IMG/VR virus record: IMGVR_UViG_3300027212_000006
Location: 30,456-94,455 of that record
Source of the DNA: a virus
Lineage: Duplodnaviria; Caudoviricetes
Length of the DNA: 64,000 nucleotides
Strand: one strand, 5' to 3'
Shown here: piece by piece, positions 1 through 9,955 of the stretch
How positions within the stretch are numbered: position 1 is the stretch's first letter
How the letters are laid out: each line of letters begins with the position of its first letter
Notes under the pieces: model-generated
What the model was told of the DNA's origin: nothing
Seen by the model: the letters and a program-made list of their open reading frames with translations, nothing else
The model's database searches: none
Position numbers and translations under genes: made by a program

Positions 1-2
1 TT

Positions 3-3000
3 TCCACATACTACGTTTCACCTACGGACTTTGGAACATCAATATCTACAGGAAATAGAGTTGTTGTAAATATTAACAACTCCAATAATACAAAGAATGG
101 TATTTATTCTGCCACTGTAACCGAAGTAGATAAATACAAATGGAATTTTGATGAAGCATTTTCTACTTGGTGGGACAATATAAGTAAAAATAGTGTGGCT
201 GGTACTAATCAAATTATTGGCAGAAAACAATATTTTCTAGGTCAAGATAATTCAATATATTATGTAAACAGTTTTGAAGAATCTACTAGAGGAAATATTT
301 ATGTTCCACAAGTCAACACACAGCAAGATTTTTTACTAACATTCTCAGATTATCAACTAGAAAATTATGATCTTGAATGGAATGAAATGGACTATCAGAA
401 AATGTATGTAAGAGCTGCTCTTGCATGCACGACAACTCCACCAAGCACAGTAGCTACAGGTTCAACTGGATACAGAGTATATGCTTATGTTGGTGGAGCT
501 GCATCAACATTCATTGACGGTGAAAATGTTTTAGTTATATGTAATGATCTTTATCCTACAAATACTTCTGCAGACTTTGGTTCTACAACAAACTTTGCTT
601 CTCCTAACAATGGTATTTATAAGGCTAGAGTAAGCTCAGGTGGAACTGTTTACTTTGAAAAACATCCTGACTTTTTCTACTCATCTGCTTTTAGTGGTTC
701 AGCTAAAACTATAGCTACCCCATATGAAAGGCCAGCTATTGTAAGAGTATCTGATGGATATGTCGGTGGCGTAGCCGGAACAATATCTTTAACTAAAAAA
801 ACTGTTTATATGCAAGGTTCACTTAAAGTAAAGAGTGGAGTATACACTGGTGATGGTGGTTCTGAAAATTTCATTTTAGGATCGAATATTAATCTCTCAT
901 ATGCATATGACAATATGCACTTATTTCCAAAGGTAGCACCTGTATCGTATATAGTAACTGATGAATTGTTACTGTCTAGATTAGATAATCCTATTGTTTT
1001 TGATACTTCAAATCCAACATTTGGAACTGTGCTAATAATTCCATTAAATATCACTTATGCAAATAGAGTTTGGCCTGGTTTGACTCTTGGCGATAGAGTT
1101 CTATTTAATTTTAAAGACTATAACTACTTAGGCCAAGGTGTTTTAAATTACAAATATGACGCATATGAAGTAAATGGTATTTATCAATGCATAGATATTT
1201 CATCTGGAAACTATCAATTCAGAAAAGTTATATATAACAAACAAAATGGTCACTTAGATTATTTCAAAGACTTGACAAATAATGGTATTGGAACAAGTTC
1301 AGCTGGCATAATTACATTTAGTTTAAAATCTGCAAAAGACACAAACTTTACATGGCATCCAAGTACATACTCTTATTTTGAAGTTTTCTACCAAGGTGCT
1401 GACAACGTTTACGTCCCTTACACTTCTGGAACCACTTCAATAGGAGCTACATCAGGAATTGTTAGAGTAGAGGCTGGATTTGGAATTACAATTGGTTCAT
1501 CAGTTAAAGTTAGACTTAAACAATCTACAATCTTTTCTTCCAGACTGTTAAACAATAATTTTGCTATTGAAAAAATAACCAATGATAAAGCAAATCTTAC
1601 TTCATCAATAGGTAGAAGTAATTCAAATCTTTCATCTTATGATGTTGAAGAAAGATATTGGCAACAAAAGTATTATGATAATAATGAAAACAGAGAATTA
1701 ACTAATTTTTATAAGTATGTTGCTGGAACTTCAGTAACTGGCAAATCAACAGCAACATTTATTATTAGTAGCGATACTTTATATGGCACTGGTACAACCT
1801 ATTTATTTAACAGACGACTAAGCCAAGATTCATCAGCATCAATTGGTTACACTGCAGATGGACTAGGTGATTTTTACCCTAATGACCCACCATCTACGAC
1901 TTCAGATTTTTATGTTGGGCCTTGGTCGTTAGAAACTGGCAGCGGAAGTACACAATGGTATTATCAAAACTCTCCATTAGGCACACCTTATATTGATACA
2001 CTCACAAATGATTATGGTAGTGCTCAAGAAGATGTAATTCTTGTTTTAAATAATAGATCTGGCTCATTAATTACTTCTGAGCAATCGAGCTATAAAACAA
2101 ATTCTACAACTACAATTACAAGAGATACTTACGGTAAAAAAGATCAATATGTACTCAAATTTAAATCAACATACAGCTCAAAAGTAACATTAGCTTATCA
2201 TGCAAGCTTCCCTAATCCTATGGTGCCGAAGCGTGTATCAGTAGGAACAGCTACAACTTATGTTCTTTATTATGACCCTGAAGCTACAGATCGAACGACT
2301 GATACTAGGAGATTTATTCTTCAATCTAGCCTTACTAAATACAGCAATGCTGGTGTAGCATCAACAAATAACTCTAACTTAAATACTGCAATTTCAGCTT
2401 CATTCAATGGAGTAACACTAAATAATAATTCTACTGTTTTACTTAAAGATCAAACTGATAAAAATCAAAACGGAATATACAAAGTAAGCAATATAAACTA
2501 TTGGGAAATGTCCAGAGCTTCTGATATGGACGATGCTGGAAAATTAATTCCTTTTGGTACTGTAAATGTAAAATACACAAAAGGCGGAGTAAACGTTGAT
2601 AAAGTTTACGAGCTTATCCTGCCTCAAGATAAAAATTACTCTGTTTGGGCATTTGGTGGGGCAGGCGGTACTAACTTAATATTCAATGCAATTCAAACAG
2701 TAAATAGATATAATGCTGCAGTAGCTACCACTACAAGCTATGCCAATGTTACTACATCAACATCTATCCCTGATGTCATTGATGGCTATACAGTAGCAGA
2801 CCAAGATAGAGTTTTGATGTTAAGCCAAAATGATTATCAAGCTGGTGTAGGCAATACTTTAAGATATCTATCAAGATTTTCTAAACAATTCTCAGCTTCT
2901 CTAGAAAGAGTTGTTACTGGAACCGGGTCTACAGAATTTTCTATTAGGTCATTTAGGATATTCCAAAATACAGGGACAGGTTCAAGCACCCAATACGAAA

Positions 3001-4016
3001 CATATTTTGATCCAAGTGTTACAACCGTTGGTGTTGGTACAGTTAATTTTATGACCGTTTCTTCAATCACAAATTTAGCACAATCAAATTATATTTCTAA
3101 TAATGACATAGATTTGCTTTCAGATTTAAATGATAACCCAAGTTACTTTGATCCAACTATTTCTACACTTACTTCTGGTTTAAAATTAATCTTGAAAGAT
3201 CAAACAGACCCTAAAGAAAACGGTTTGTATATAACAGAAGCTTCAAAAATCATGCTTTTGGAAAGACATCCATCTTTAAGCACGACCAGCCAAATTGTTG
3301 ATACCTTAAATGTAAATGTTTCAACTTATGATAGCGGAGTTTCTCAATCTGCAAAGTATGGAATATGGTTCAGTTCTCCAGTCACATTAGGTTCTTCTAA
3401 TTTATATTTCTTAAGACAATATGAAACTTTGAAAAAAGCTAATTGTAAATGTGCAACAACAACTAATATTGCAAATTTAAATAGCCCTCCTACTACAATT
3501 GACGGGTACATTTTGCAGGAAAATGACAGAATATTAGTTAAAAACCAATCTACAAATTCGCTTAATGGGATATATTATCTTTTCAATAAGCAAACAAACA
3601 CTTGGCTAAGATCTTCTGACTTATCTTCAGATTATCAACTTGTTCCTCAAATAAGTGTTTATGTAGAAAGCGGTACTGCAAATGGGGATAAAGTATTTGT
3701 AATTGGTTTGTCAGATATTCCTAGTACATCAAGTACATATCCTTACACAATTGGAACAAGTAATATGTCTTGGACTGAATATTCTATCACATCAGCTATT
3801 ACTTCTAACCCAGATTTGTGGACAGATTTACCTGACTCCAAAGACAATGCTGTTGATATGCAAAGTGCTAAAATAAATGCTTATGGTTATTCACAAAGTG
3901 GTGATTTTGCAATTGCAGTATACGTACCAGATATTACCGGAACCATGCTAGCACTTAGCAATGGAAAAGTAAGAAATCAAAAAATAAATGTAGAATATGA
4001 TATAGCAAAAGATTAA
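3..4016 (+). CDS. Giant tail-fibre-like virion protein, 5'-truncated by the window edge
   Basis: The frame is open from base 3 (STYYVSPTDFGTS...), upstream of the GTG at 195. It has about 7 exact or degenerate copies of the fibre module (G)DRVLxKxQ...NG(I/L)Y, e.g. DRILVKNQSTNSLNGIY and TVLLKDQTDKNQNGIY, and is S/T/G-rich. Confidence 0.8.
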   Translation, partial: STYYVSPTDFGTSISTGNRVVVNINNSNNTKNGIYSATVTEVDKYKWNFDEAFSTWWDNISKNSVAGTNQIIGRKQYFLGQDNSIYYVNSFEESTRGNIYVPQVNTQQDFLLTFSDYQLENYDLEWNEMDYQKMYVRAALACTTTPPSTVATGSTGYRVYAYVGGAASTFIDGENVLVICNDLYPTNTSADFGSTTNFASPNNGIYKARVSSGGTVYFEKHPDFFYSSAFSGSAKTIATPYERPAIVRVSDGYVGGVAGTISLTKKTVYMQGSLKVKSGVYTGDGGSENFILGSNINLSYAYDNMHLFPKVAPVSYIVTDELLLSRLDNPIVFDTSNPTFGTVLIIPLNITYANRVWPGLTLGDRVLFNFKDYNYLGQGVLNYKYDAYEVNGIYQCIDISSGNYQFRKVIYNKQNGHLDYFKDLTNNGIGTSSAGIITFSLKSAKDTNFTWHPSTYSYFEVFYQGADNVYVPYTSGTTSIGATSGIVRVEAGFGITIGSSVKVRLKQSTIFSSRLLNNNFAIEKITNDKANLTSSIGRSNSNLSSYDVEERYWQQKYYDNNENRELTNFYKYVAGTSVTGKSTATFIISSDTLYGTGTTYLFNRRLSQDSSASIGYTADGLGDFYPNDPPSTTSDFYVGPWSLETGSGSTQWYYQNSPLGTPYIDTLTNDYGSAQEDVILVLNNRSGSLITSEQSSYKTNSTTTITRDTYGKKDQYVLKFKSTYSSKVTLAYHASFPNPMVPKRVSVGTATTYVLYYDPEATDRTTDTRRFILQSSLTKYSNAGVASTNNSNLNTAISASFNGVTLNNNSTVLLKDQTDKNQNGIYKVSNINYWEMSRASDMDDAGKLIPFGTVNVKYTKGGVNVDKVYELILPQDKNYSVWAFGGAGGTNLIFNAIQTVNRYNAAVATTTSYANVTTSTSIPDVIDGYTVADQDRVLMLSQNDYQAGVGNTLRYLSRFSKQFSASLERVVTGTGSTEFSIRSFRIFQNTGTGSSTQYETYFDPSVTTVGVGTVNFMTVSSITNLAQSNYISNNDIDLLSDLNDNPSYFDPTISTLTSGLKLILKDQTDPKENGLYITEASKIMLLERHPSLSTTSQIVDTLNVNVSTYDSGVSQSAKYGIWFSSPVTLGSSNLYFLRQYETLKKANCKCATTTNIANLNSPPTTIDGYILQENDRILVKNQSTNSLNGIYYLFNKQTNTWLRSSDLSSDYQLVPQISVYVESGTANGDKVFVIGLSDIPSTSSTYPYTIGTSNMSWTEYSITSAITSNPDLWTDLPDSKDNAVDMQSAKINAYGYSQSGDFAIAVYVPDITGTMLALSNGKVRNQKINVEYDIAKD

Positions 4017-4082
4017 TAGAAGGTTATAACATAAATACACTGTAATTAAAATTATATCTTGATTATCATGTGAGAACTTAAA

Positions 4083-4541
4083 ATGCATAATATCGAATCA
4101 GAATTTCATTCACTCTTAGAGGAAATTGCTCCGAACGCTCATTCAACAGACGAACAAGCTAGAATCATTGCTGAGGCTTCATCAATATATAGCAAAATCT
4201 CTTCTAGAAGAATTGCGAAAAGAAATAATCCAAGATTGGTTGAAGCTCAAATGACTGAAGCTATTTTACAAGCTATGGGATCTGTTTCTAAATGGGATGA
4301 AAATTATGATCTTCCATTTGTAGATGCTCATGGGTTATCTACCAACCAGATTCTAAGGCAAGCAAGCAAAACATCAATTACTAATTGGGGTACAAACAAA
4401 GTTCTTAATCCAGACTTATTAAAAGAAGATGATCAAGATGGAGATTTGTTTGATTTCAAGAATGGCGACAATCAAGAACCAGATGCATTTACTGAAGAAC
4501 CAAAACATAGAACAGATTTTCAATCAAACAATACTAGATAA
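4083..4541 (+). CDS. Hypothetical protein, acidic C-terminus (possible head/internal protein)
   Basis: 152-aa ORF; its stop overlaps the next start (TAATG). No recognisable domain. Confidence 0.7.
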   Translation: MHNIESEFHSLLEEIAPNAHSTDEQARIIAEASSIYSKISSRRIAKRNNPRLVEAQMTEAILQAMGSVSKWDENYDLPFVDAHGLSTNQILRQASKTSITNWGTNKVLNPDLLKEDDQDGDLFDFKNGDNQEPDAFTEEPKHRTDFQSNNTR

Positions 4542-5224
4542 TGAAAAGATTAAAGATTGCTCAAATGCCACCAGCTGATCCTGCAGCAGCAGCTGGTGCA
4601 GCGCCTCCAATGGACCCTATGGGTGGCATGGGTGGTATGGGTGGCGGAATGCCAGGTATGGATCCCATGATGGGCGGAATGGGTGGACCTCCAACACTAC
4701 CAACCGCCATGCCTGGTGCAACTGGTGTCACTCGTGAAGAAATTGGTTCACCATTAGACAAGCTTGGAAAGATTCTTTATGACGTGGATATTAATTCTCT
4801 TTTGTTAACTCAATTAGGAGACGATGTCGAAGACACTGCACTTTCAGTATGGACGCTTTATGGTGGGGATGAACAAGGTGTTGATGTTGTAGTAGGTCGT
4901 ACAGGCAAAAGAATTAAGAGAAAAGATGTCTCTAAAGAAGAAGAAGAAGCTGAACAAGAAAGAACAGAAGAAAAAAGATGGGAAAGATTACCAGCTGGAA
5001 TGTCAATTGCTGATATAACTTCTTTAGACAAAATGGTAAATCAAATTAGAGGAATTGCATCAAGCGCAGTTAAGAACGAACTTAAAGCTCAAGGTGCTGC
5101 AGCCGGAGGCGGAATGCCAATGGCTCACAGAAATAGAGATATTGTAAAAATTGCCAGAAAACTCGATTTAATTGGATTTTACCGCTTGGCAGACACAATA
5201 TCCTCAAAGCTAACTAAAATCTAA
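4541..5224 (+). CDS. Hypothetical Pro/Gly/Met-rich protein (possible scaffold or internal head protein)
   Basis: 227 aa with low-complexity PMDPMGGMGGMGGGMPG, an acidic E-run and a C-terminal helix IVKIARKLDLIGFYRLADTI. Confidence 0.7.
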   Translation: MKRLKIAQMPPADPAAAAGAAPPMDPMGGMGGMGGGMPGMDPMMGGMGGPPTLPTAMPGATGVTREEIGSPLDKLGKILYDVDINSLLLTQLGDDVEDTALSVWTLYGGDEQGVDVVVGRTGKRIKRKDVSKEEEEAEQERTEEKRWERLPAGMSIADITSLDKMVNQIRGIASSAVKNELKAQGAAAGGGMPMAHRNRDIVKIARKLDLIGFYRLADTISSKLTKI

Positions 5225-5252
5225 AATCTTTGTTTTTTTAAGCCAAAATCGG

Positions 5253-5291
5253 TATAATGCTGTGGTAAGATAAATTATCACAGCATTTTTT
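5253..5291 (+). promoter_or_regulatory. sigma70-like -10 box overlapping a 13-bp hairpin plus U-tract upstream of gyrB
   Basis: TATAAT at 5253-5258. Inverted repeat AATGCTGTGGTAA-gataaa-TTATCACAGCATT at 5256-5287 (one G-U pair), followed by TTTT. Confidence 0.6.
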
Positions 5292-5313
5292 AATGCCTGA
5301 TTAGGAAGTTAAA

Positions 5314-7443
5314 ATGGCAAATCAATACAACGAAGACTCAATCCAGATTTTGGAAAGTCAAGAAGCAGTGCGAACACGCCCTGCTATGTATATTGGGGAT
5401 ACTGGTAAAAAGGGTCTTCATCACCTTGTTTGGGAAATCTTAGACAATTCAGTCGATGAAAACATGGCTGGACATTGTTCAAAGATTAATGTTATTGTAT
5501 CCGCAGACAACAAAACATTAACAATCATTGATAATGGTCGTGGGATTCCAACAGCAGTAAAACAAGAAGACCCTAAGAAAAGAAGCACTCTTGAAATTGT
5601 CCTTACCGAACTTCACGCTGGTGGTAAGTTTGGCGATGACGGATCTGGTTATGAAGCTGCAGGTGGGTTACATGGTGTTGGCGCTTCCTGTGTAAACTTT
5701 CTTTCTTTAAACCTTACTGCAGAAGTTAGCAGAGATAAAAAACTATATCAATTAAACTTTAAAAGAGGAATCCCAGTTGAGCCTGTTAAGGAAATTGGGA
5801 CTTCAACAAGCACTGGAACTAAAATAGTATTTACTCCTGACTTTAACATCTTTGGTCAGTTTGCAGTAGAGGATGCTTTCCGTGAGCATTTGATTGATGA
5901 TTTTGAAGTTGATGAAGTATTTGCCGAATGTTCTGGTAAGTGGCGTAAAGCTTTAATTAATGGCGAAGTAAATGGCTCTGTCTTTTTTGATATTTTTAAG
6001 TCAACTAAAATTAGTGAACAATCCTTAGATATTATTTATAGGATTTGGCATAAAAGAAGCAATGACAATATTCACTTTGATGAAGCGATATTGCTGCGCC
6101 GTCTACGTGAAACTGCTTATCTAAATGGTGGCTTGAAGATTGTTTATGATAACAAATATACAGGCAATAAAGAAGAGTTTTATTTTGAAGGTGGAATTGC
6201 TGATTATGTCAGTTATTTAGCATCAACCAAAACAGGCATTTTCCCAAGTAAACCATTTTTCTTTGACAACAAAAGTGGAAAGGTTAATGTTCAAGTAGCC
6301 TTTCAATATGCCGAAGAAGATGACGAGTCCATTTACACTTATGCAAACAACATCAATACTGCAGATGGTGGAACTCACTTGTCAGGATTTAAGACTTCAA
6401 TTACCAGAGTAGTAAATCAATTTGCTCGTTCATCTGGTGTATTAAAAGAAAAAGAGCCAAACCTTACTGGTGAAGATATCCGTGAAGGCATTGTTGCAAT
6501 TATTTCTGTAAGACTTCCACAACCACAATTTGAAGGTCAAACTAAAGGTAAGCTTGGTTCTCAGGAAGTTGAAGGTGTAGTAAATAGATTATTCTCTGAA
6601 GCTATTACTGAATATTTTGAAAAGAATCCTACAATTGTTAAATCAATTGCAGAAAGAGCTTTAAGGGCTGCAAAAGCAAGAGCAGCAGCAAAGAGAGCAT
6701 CGGAGTCTATCAAGAGACAAGGCTTCCTTGGACGATCTGGATCACTGCCAGGAAAGCTGGCTGATTGCAATTCAGAAGACGCTACCACTACTGAGCTTTA
6801 TATTGTTGAAGGTGACTCTGCTGCTGGATCATGCAAAGGTGGTCGTGAGCCAGAATACCAAGCAGTTATGCCTATTCGTGGAAAGATCATTAACCCAGAG
6901 AAAAATGATTATGCAAAGTTAATGCAAAACGAAGAAGTAGCTGCAATTATTTCCGCCCTTGGCACTGGTATTCGTGATGATTTTAATATCGCAGATCTAA
7001 GATATGGAAAAATTATCATCATGACTGACGCAGATGACGATGGAGCACATATTGCTGCGCTTTTGATGACTTTCTTCTACCGTTTTATGCGTCCTTTGAT
7101 TACAGAAGGGCACTTGTATATTGCTAAACCACCACTATACAGAGTAAATGTGAAGAACCAGAAGTTTTATATTCACACAGATGCTGAACTTGAGGGGTAC
7201 CGAAAGAAGTATGGTGATAAAATTGAAGTGACAAGATTTAAAGGTCTTGGCGAAATGGATGCTGATGAATTGGGCACTACGACCATGGAAATTGGCAAAC
7301 GTCAAATCATTAAAGTAAATATTGATGATTTGGATGAAGCGTCAAGAATCTTATCAGTTTTGATGGGAAGTAATGTTGCTCCTCGTAAAGAGCATATTAT
7401 CAACAAGTCTGCGCAACGTGTATTGGAGTTAAACAATGGCTAG
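5314..7443 (+). CDS. gyrB: DNA gyrase subunit B
   Basis: RPAMYIG, EILDNSVDE, DNGRGIP, LHAGGKF and GGLHGVG (GHKL ATPase); FEGQTK; TOPRIM motifs EGDSA, PIRGK and MTDADDDG; RFKGLGEM. Confidence 0.97.
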   Translation: MANQYNEDSIQILESQEAVRTRPAMYIGDTGKKGLHHLVWEILDNSVDENMAGHCSKINVIVSADNKTLTIIDNGRGIPTAVKQEDPKKRSTLEIVLTELHAGGKFGDDGSGYEAAGGLHGVGASCVNFLSLNLTAEVSRDKKLYQLNFKRGIPVEPVKEIGTSTSTGTKIVFTPDFNIFGQFAVEDAFREHLIDDFEVDEVFAECSGKWRKALINGEVNGSVFFDIFKSTKISEQSLDIIYRIWHKRSNDNIHFDEAILLRRLRETAYLNGGLKIVYDNKYTGNKEEFYFEGGIADYVSYLASTKTGIFPSKPFFFDNKSGKVNVQVAFQYAEEDDESIYTYANNINTADGGTHLSGFKTSITRVVNQFARSSGVLKEKEPNLTGEDIREGIVAIISVRLPQPQFEGQTKGKLGSQEVEGVVNRLFSEAITEYFEKNPTIVKSIAERALRAAKARAAAKRASESIKRQGFLGRSGSLPGKLADCNSEDATTTELYIVEGDSAAGSCKGGREPEYQAVMPIRGKIINPEKNDYAKLMQNEEVAAIISALGTGIRDDFNIADLRYGKIIIMTDADDDGAHIAALLMTFFYRFMRPLITEGHLYIAKPPLYRVNVKNQKFYIHTDAELEGYRKKYGDKIEVTRFKGLGEMDADELGTTTMEIGKRQIIKVNIDDLDEASRILSVLMGSNVAPRKEHIINKSAQRVLELNNG

Positions 7444-9955
7444 AAAACCAAAGAATATGGAAACAGAAGCATTAGTAATTGCTGATGACTATGTAATCCA
7501 AAAAGAATTTATCGAGCTTATCGATGAGAGGTTCACTAATTATGCATTTGCAGTTATGGAGGACCGTGCACTTCCAGATGCAAGGGATGGCCTAAAGCCA
7601 TCCCAACGCAGAACACTAGTTGCAATGAACGACCTTAGTCTTCGTTCTACAGGCAAGACTAAGAAGTGTGCAAAGATTTGTGGTGACGTTTCAGGTAATT
7701 ACCATCCTCACGGAGAAGCAGTGGTTTATCCAACTCTTGTCCGTATGGCTCAGGATTGGTCATTACGCTATCCTTTGATTACACCTCAAGGTAACTTTGG
7801 ATCACCTGCACCAGAAGATAAACCTGCTGCAATGCGTTACACAGAAGCTAAGTTTTCTGCGTTTGGCGATCAAATGGTTTCTGAATTATCTGATCAAGTA
7901 GTAGATTATATTTCTAACTACAATGATGAGTTAATGGAGCCAACAGTGCTACCTTCACTTCTTCCTAACTTAATCATTAATGGTTGTTCTGGAATTGCAG
8001 TTGGATGGGCTACTAACATGGCTCCTCATAATTTGCGAGAAGTAGCAAATCTTATTGATGCTTATATCAAAAATCCAGATATAACTGAAGAAGAAGTGCT
8101 AAGTATTCTTCCAGGACCAGACTTTCCTCTACCATGTAAGATTCTGGGCACTGAAGGTGTTAAGAATTACTTTACAACTGGACGAGGTACTGTTCAAATT
8201 GAAGGATACTATTCAATTGAGCAAGACAAGAATAATCAACAATATATCAAGGTTACTGCTTTGCCTTATGGTGGTAGTGCCGAAGGTTTTTGTAGAGAAA
8301 TCAAAGAGCTTGTTGAAAGTAAGAAAATTGAAGGCATTACAAACCTTAAAAATCTTACTAATAAAAGAGGAATGGACATTCGTGTTTGGATTGGTAAATA
8401 TGCAAACACAAATGTAGTTCTTAATTTAATTCTCAAGCACACTTCACTTCGCACAAACTTCTCTGTCAATTCCACTGTATTGATGGAAGGCAAGAAGGTT
8501 GTTGAAAATGTTCCTATGATTAAACTTGTAGAAGTTTTTGTAAATCATAGGAAAGAAGTACTTACAAGAAAATTCAATGCAGAACTTGTTAAAAATAATC
8601 GAAGAACTCATATTCTGGAGGGTCTTATTGGAATTACCTCTAAGATTGATGCGGTTATCAAACTTATTCGGGAAGCTGATAATAGGGAGATTGCACTCCA
8701 AGGATTAATCAGTGGTGGATTTGTCGTATCACCTGAGCAAGCAGATGCAGTTTTGAAAATTACTTTGGGTAATCTTACAAAACTTGATACTCGTGCAATG
8801 AATGACGAATTCGATAAGTTGACTAAAAGAAGTGCTTGGCTTACAGAGCAATTAGCATCAGATAAGAAAATGCTTAAGCTTATTTCCAAAGAGCAACTTG
8901 AATTAGCCGAAAAAGTTGGTGATGACAGACGCTGTGAAATAGTTGAGTCTGTTGGAGCCATGTCAATTGAAGACCTTATTCCTGAAGAGCAAATCATTGT
9001 GTCTTTGACCAAGGATGGTTATATCAAGAGAGTTCCTTTGACAACCTTTAAAGCCCAAAATCGTGGTGGTAAAGGTGTTATTGGAGTGAAGAGCCGTGAA
9101 GAAGATGAAGCTTCTGATATCTTTTCAGGTTCAACTCACGACTTGTTCTTGTTCTTTACAAATCAAGGTAATTTGTTGAAGAAAAAAGGACATGAGATTC
9201 CTCTTGCAACTAGAACATCAAAGGGTATGCATTTAGCTAACTTGCTAAATCTGAATCCAGATGAAAAGGTAGCATCGACTATCACTGTAAAGTCACTTGA
9301 CATTGATGGCTTCTTTGTTATGGTCTCGAAGAATGGATTAATAAAGCGATCTGAAATCCGTGATTATAATTCTTCCCTTCGCAAAAGAGGCCTTAAGGCA
9401 ATTACTTTGGATGAAGGTGATGAGTTGGCCTTTGTAATGTCTACAACTGGAAATCAAGAACTCATGTTCATTACCGCTGAGGGTATGGCTGCACGTTACT
9501 CTGAACAAATTGTAAGAGAGACTGGCAAAAACTCAAAGGGTTGCAGATCGATGATTCTTGAGCGTGGAGACTATATCGCTTCAACATTAGTACTCAACCC
9601 TGAAGACAATCCATCTATTCTTGTAATTACAGAACAAGGTTATGGCAAGAAAACAGATGCTTCTATGTATCGCTCTGCAGGTGGAAGATATGTTAAGGGC
9701 TTGAGGACTATCGATAATGTCAAGAAAACACGTAATGGCTTGATTGTTTCAGGCTTAGCGGTGACTGATGAAGATGATTATCTTGTGCTTACTACCAAGG
9801 GCAAGATGATTAGAAACAGAGTAGCTGATATCAAGTCTAAGGGAAGAACAACCATGGGCGTTCCTCTTGTAAGCTTGGACAATAATGACTCAGTTCAGTC
9901 CGTAGTTGTTGTAAAAGCTGATATTGAAGAGGAAATTCAAGACGAAGTTAGTTAA
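7436..9955 (+). CDS. gyrA: DNA gyrase subunit A
   Basis: RALPDARDGLKP, YHPHG, QGNFGS and catalytic AAMRYTE. GyrA-box QNRGGKG, a six-blade C-terminal pinwheel and an acidic tail. Overlaps gyrB by 8 nt. Confidence 0.97.
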   Translation: MARKPKNMETEALVIADDYVIQKEFIELIDERFTNYAFAVMEDRALPDARDGLKPSQRRTLVAMNDLSLRSTGKTKKCAKICGDVSGNYHPHGEAVVYPTLVRMAQDWSLRYPLITPQGNFGSPAPEDKPAAMRYTEAKFSAFGDQMVSELSDQVVDYISNYNDELMEPTVLPSLLPNLIINGCSGIAVGWATNMAPHNLREVANLIDAYIKNPDITEEEVLSILPGPDFPLPCKILGTEGVKNYFTTGRGTVQIEGYYSIEQDKNNQQYIKVTALPYGGSAEGFCREIKELVESKKIEGITNLKNLTNKRGMDIRVWIGKYANTNVVLNLILKHTSLRTNFSVNSTVLMEGKKVVENVPMIKLVEVFVNHRKEVLTRKFNAELVKNNRRTHILEGLIGITSKIDAVIKLIREADNREIALQGLISGGFVVSPEQADAVLKITLGNLTKLDTRAMNDEFDKLTKRSAWLTEQLASDKKMLKLISKEQLELAEKVGDDRRCEIVESVGAMSIEDLIPEEQIIVSLTKDGYIKRVPLTTFKAQNRGGKGVIGVKSREEDEASDIFSGSTHDLFLFFTNQGNLLKKKGHEIPLATRTSKGMHLANLLNLNPDEKVASTITVKSLDIDGFFVMVSKNGLIKRSEIRDYNSSLRKRGLKAITLDEGDELAFVMSTTGNQELMFITAEGMAARYSEQIVRETGKNSKGCRSMILERGDYIASTLVLNPEDNPSILVITEQGYGKKTDASMYRSAGGRYVKGLRTIDNVKKTRNGLIVSGLAVTDEDDYLVLTTKGKMIRNRVADIKSKGRTTMGVPLVSLDNNDSVQSVVVVKADIEEEIQDEVS

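Noticed and set aside
195-197. GTG at 195 as the true start of the first gene
   Set aside because: The frame is open back to base 3 and already contains a fibre motif (KNGIY), so the gene starts upstream of the window.
4561-4720. GroEL fragment suggested by the GGM repeats
   Set aside because: The repeats are N-terminal and no chaperonin motifs (e.g. GDGTTT) are present.
5857-6063. Intein in GyrB (and likewise in the helicase insertion)
   Set aside because: No N-terminal Cys/Ser block, no His-Asn followed by Cys/Ser/Thr at the junction, no LAGLIDADG motifs, and too short.
7436-9955. Topoisomerase IV (parE/parC) rather than gyrase
   Set aside because: The intact GyrA-box QNRGGKG, full CTD and acidic tail indicate gyrase.
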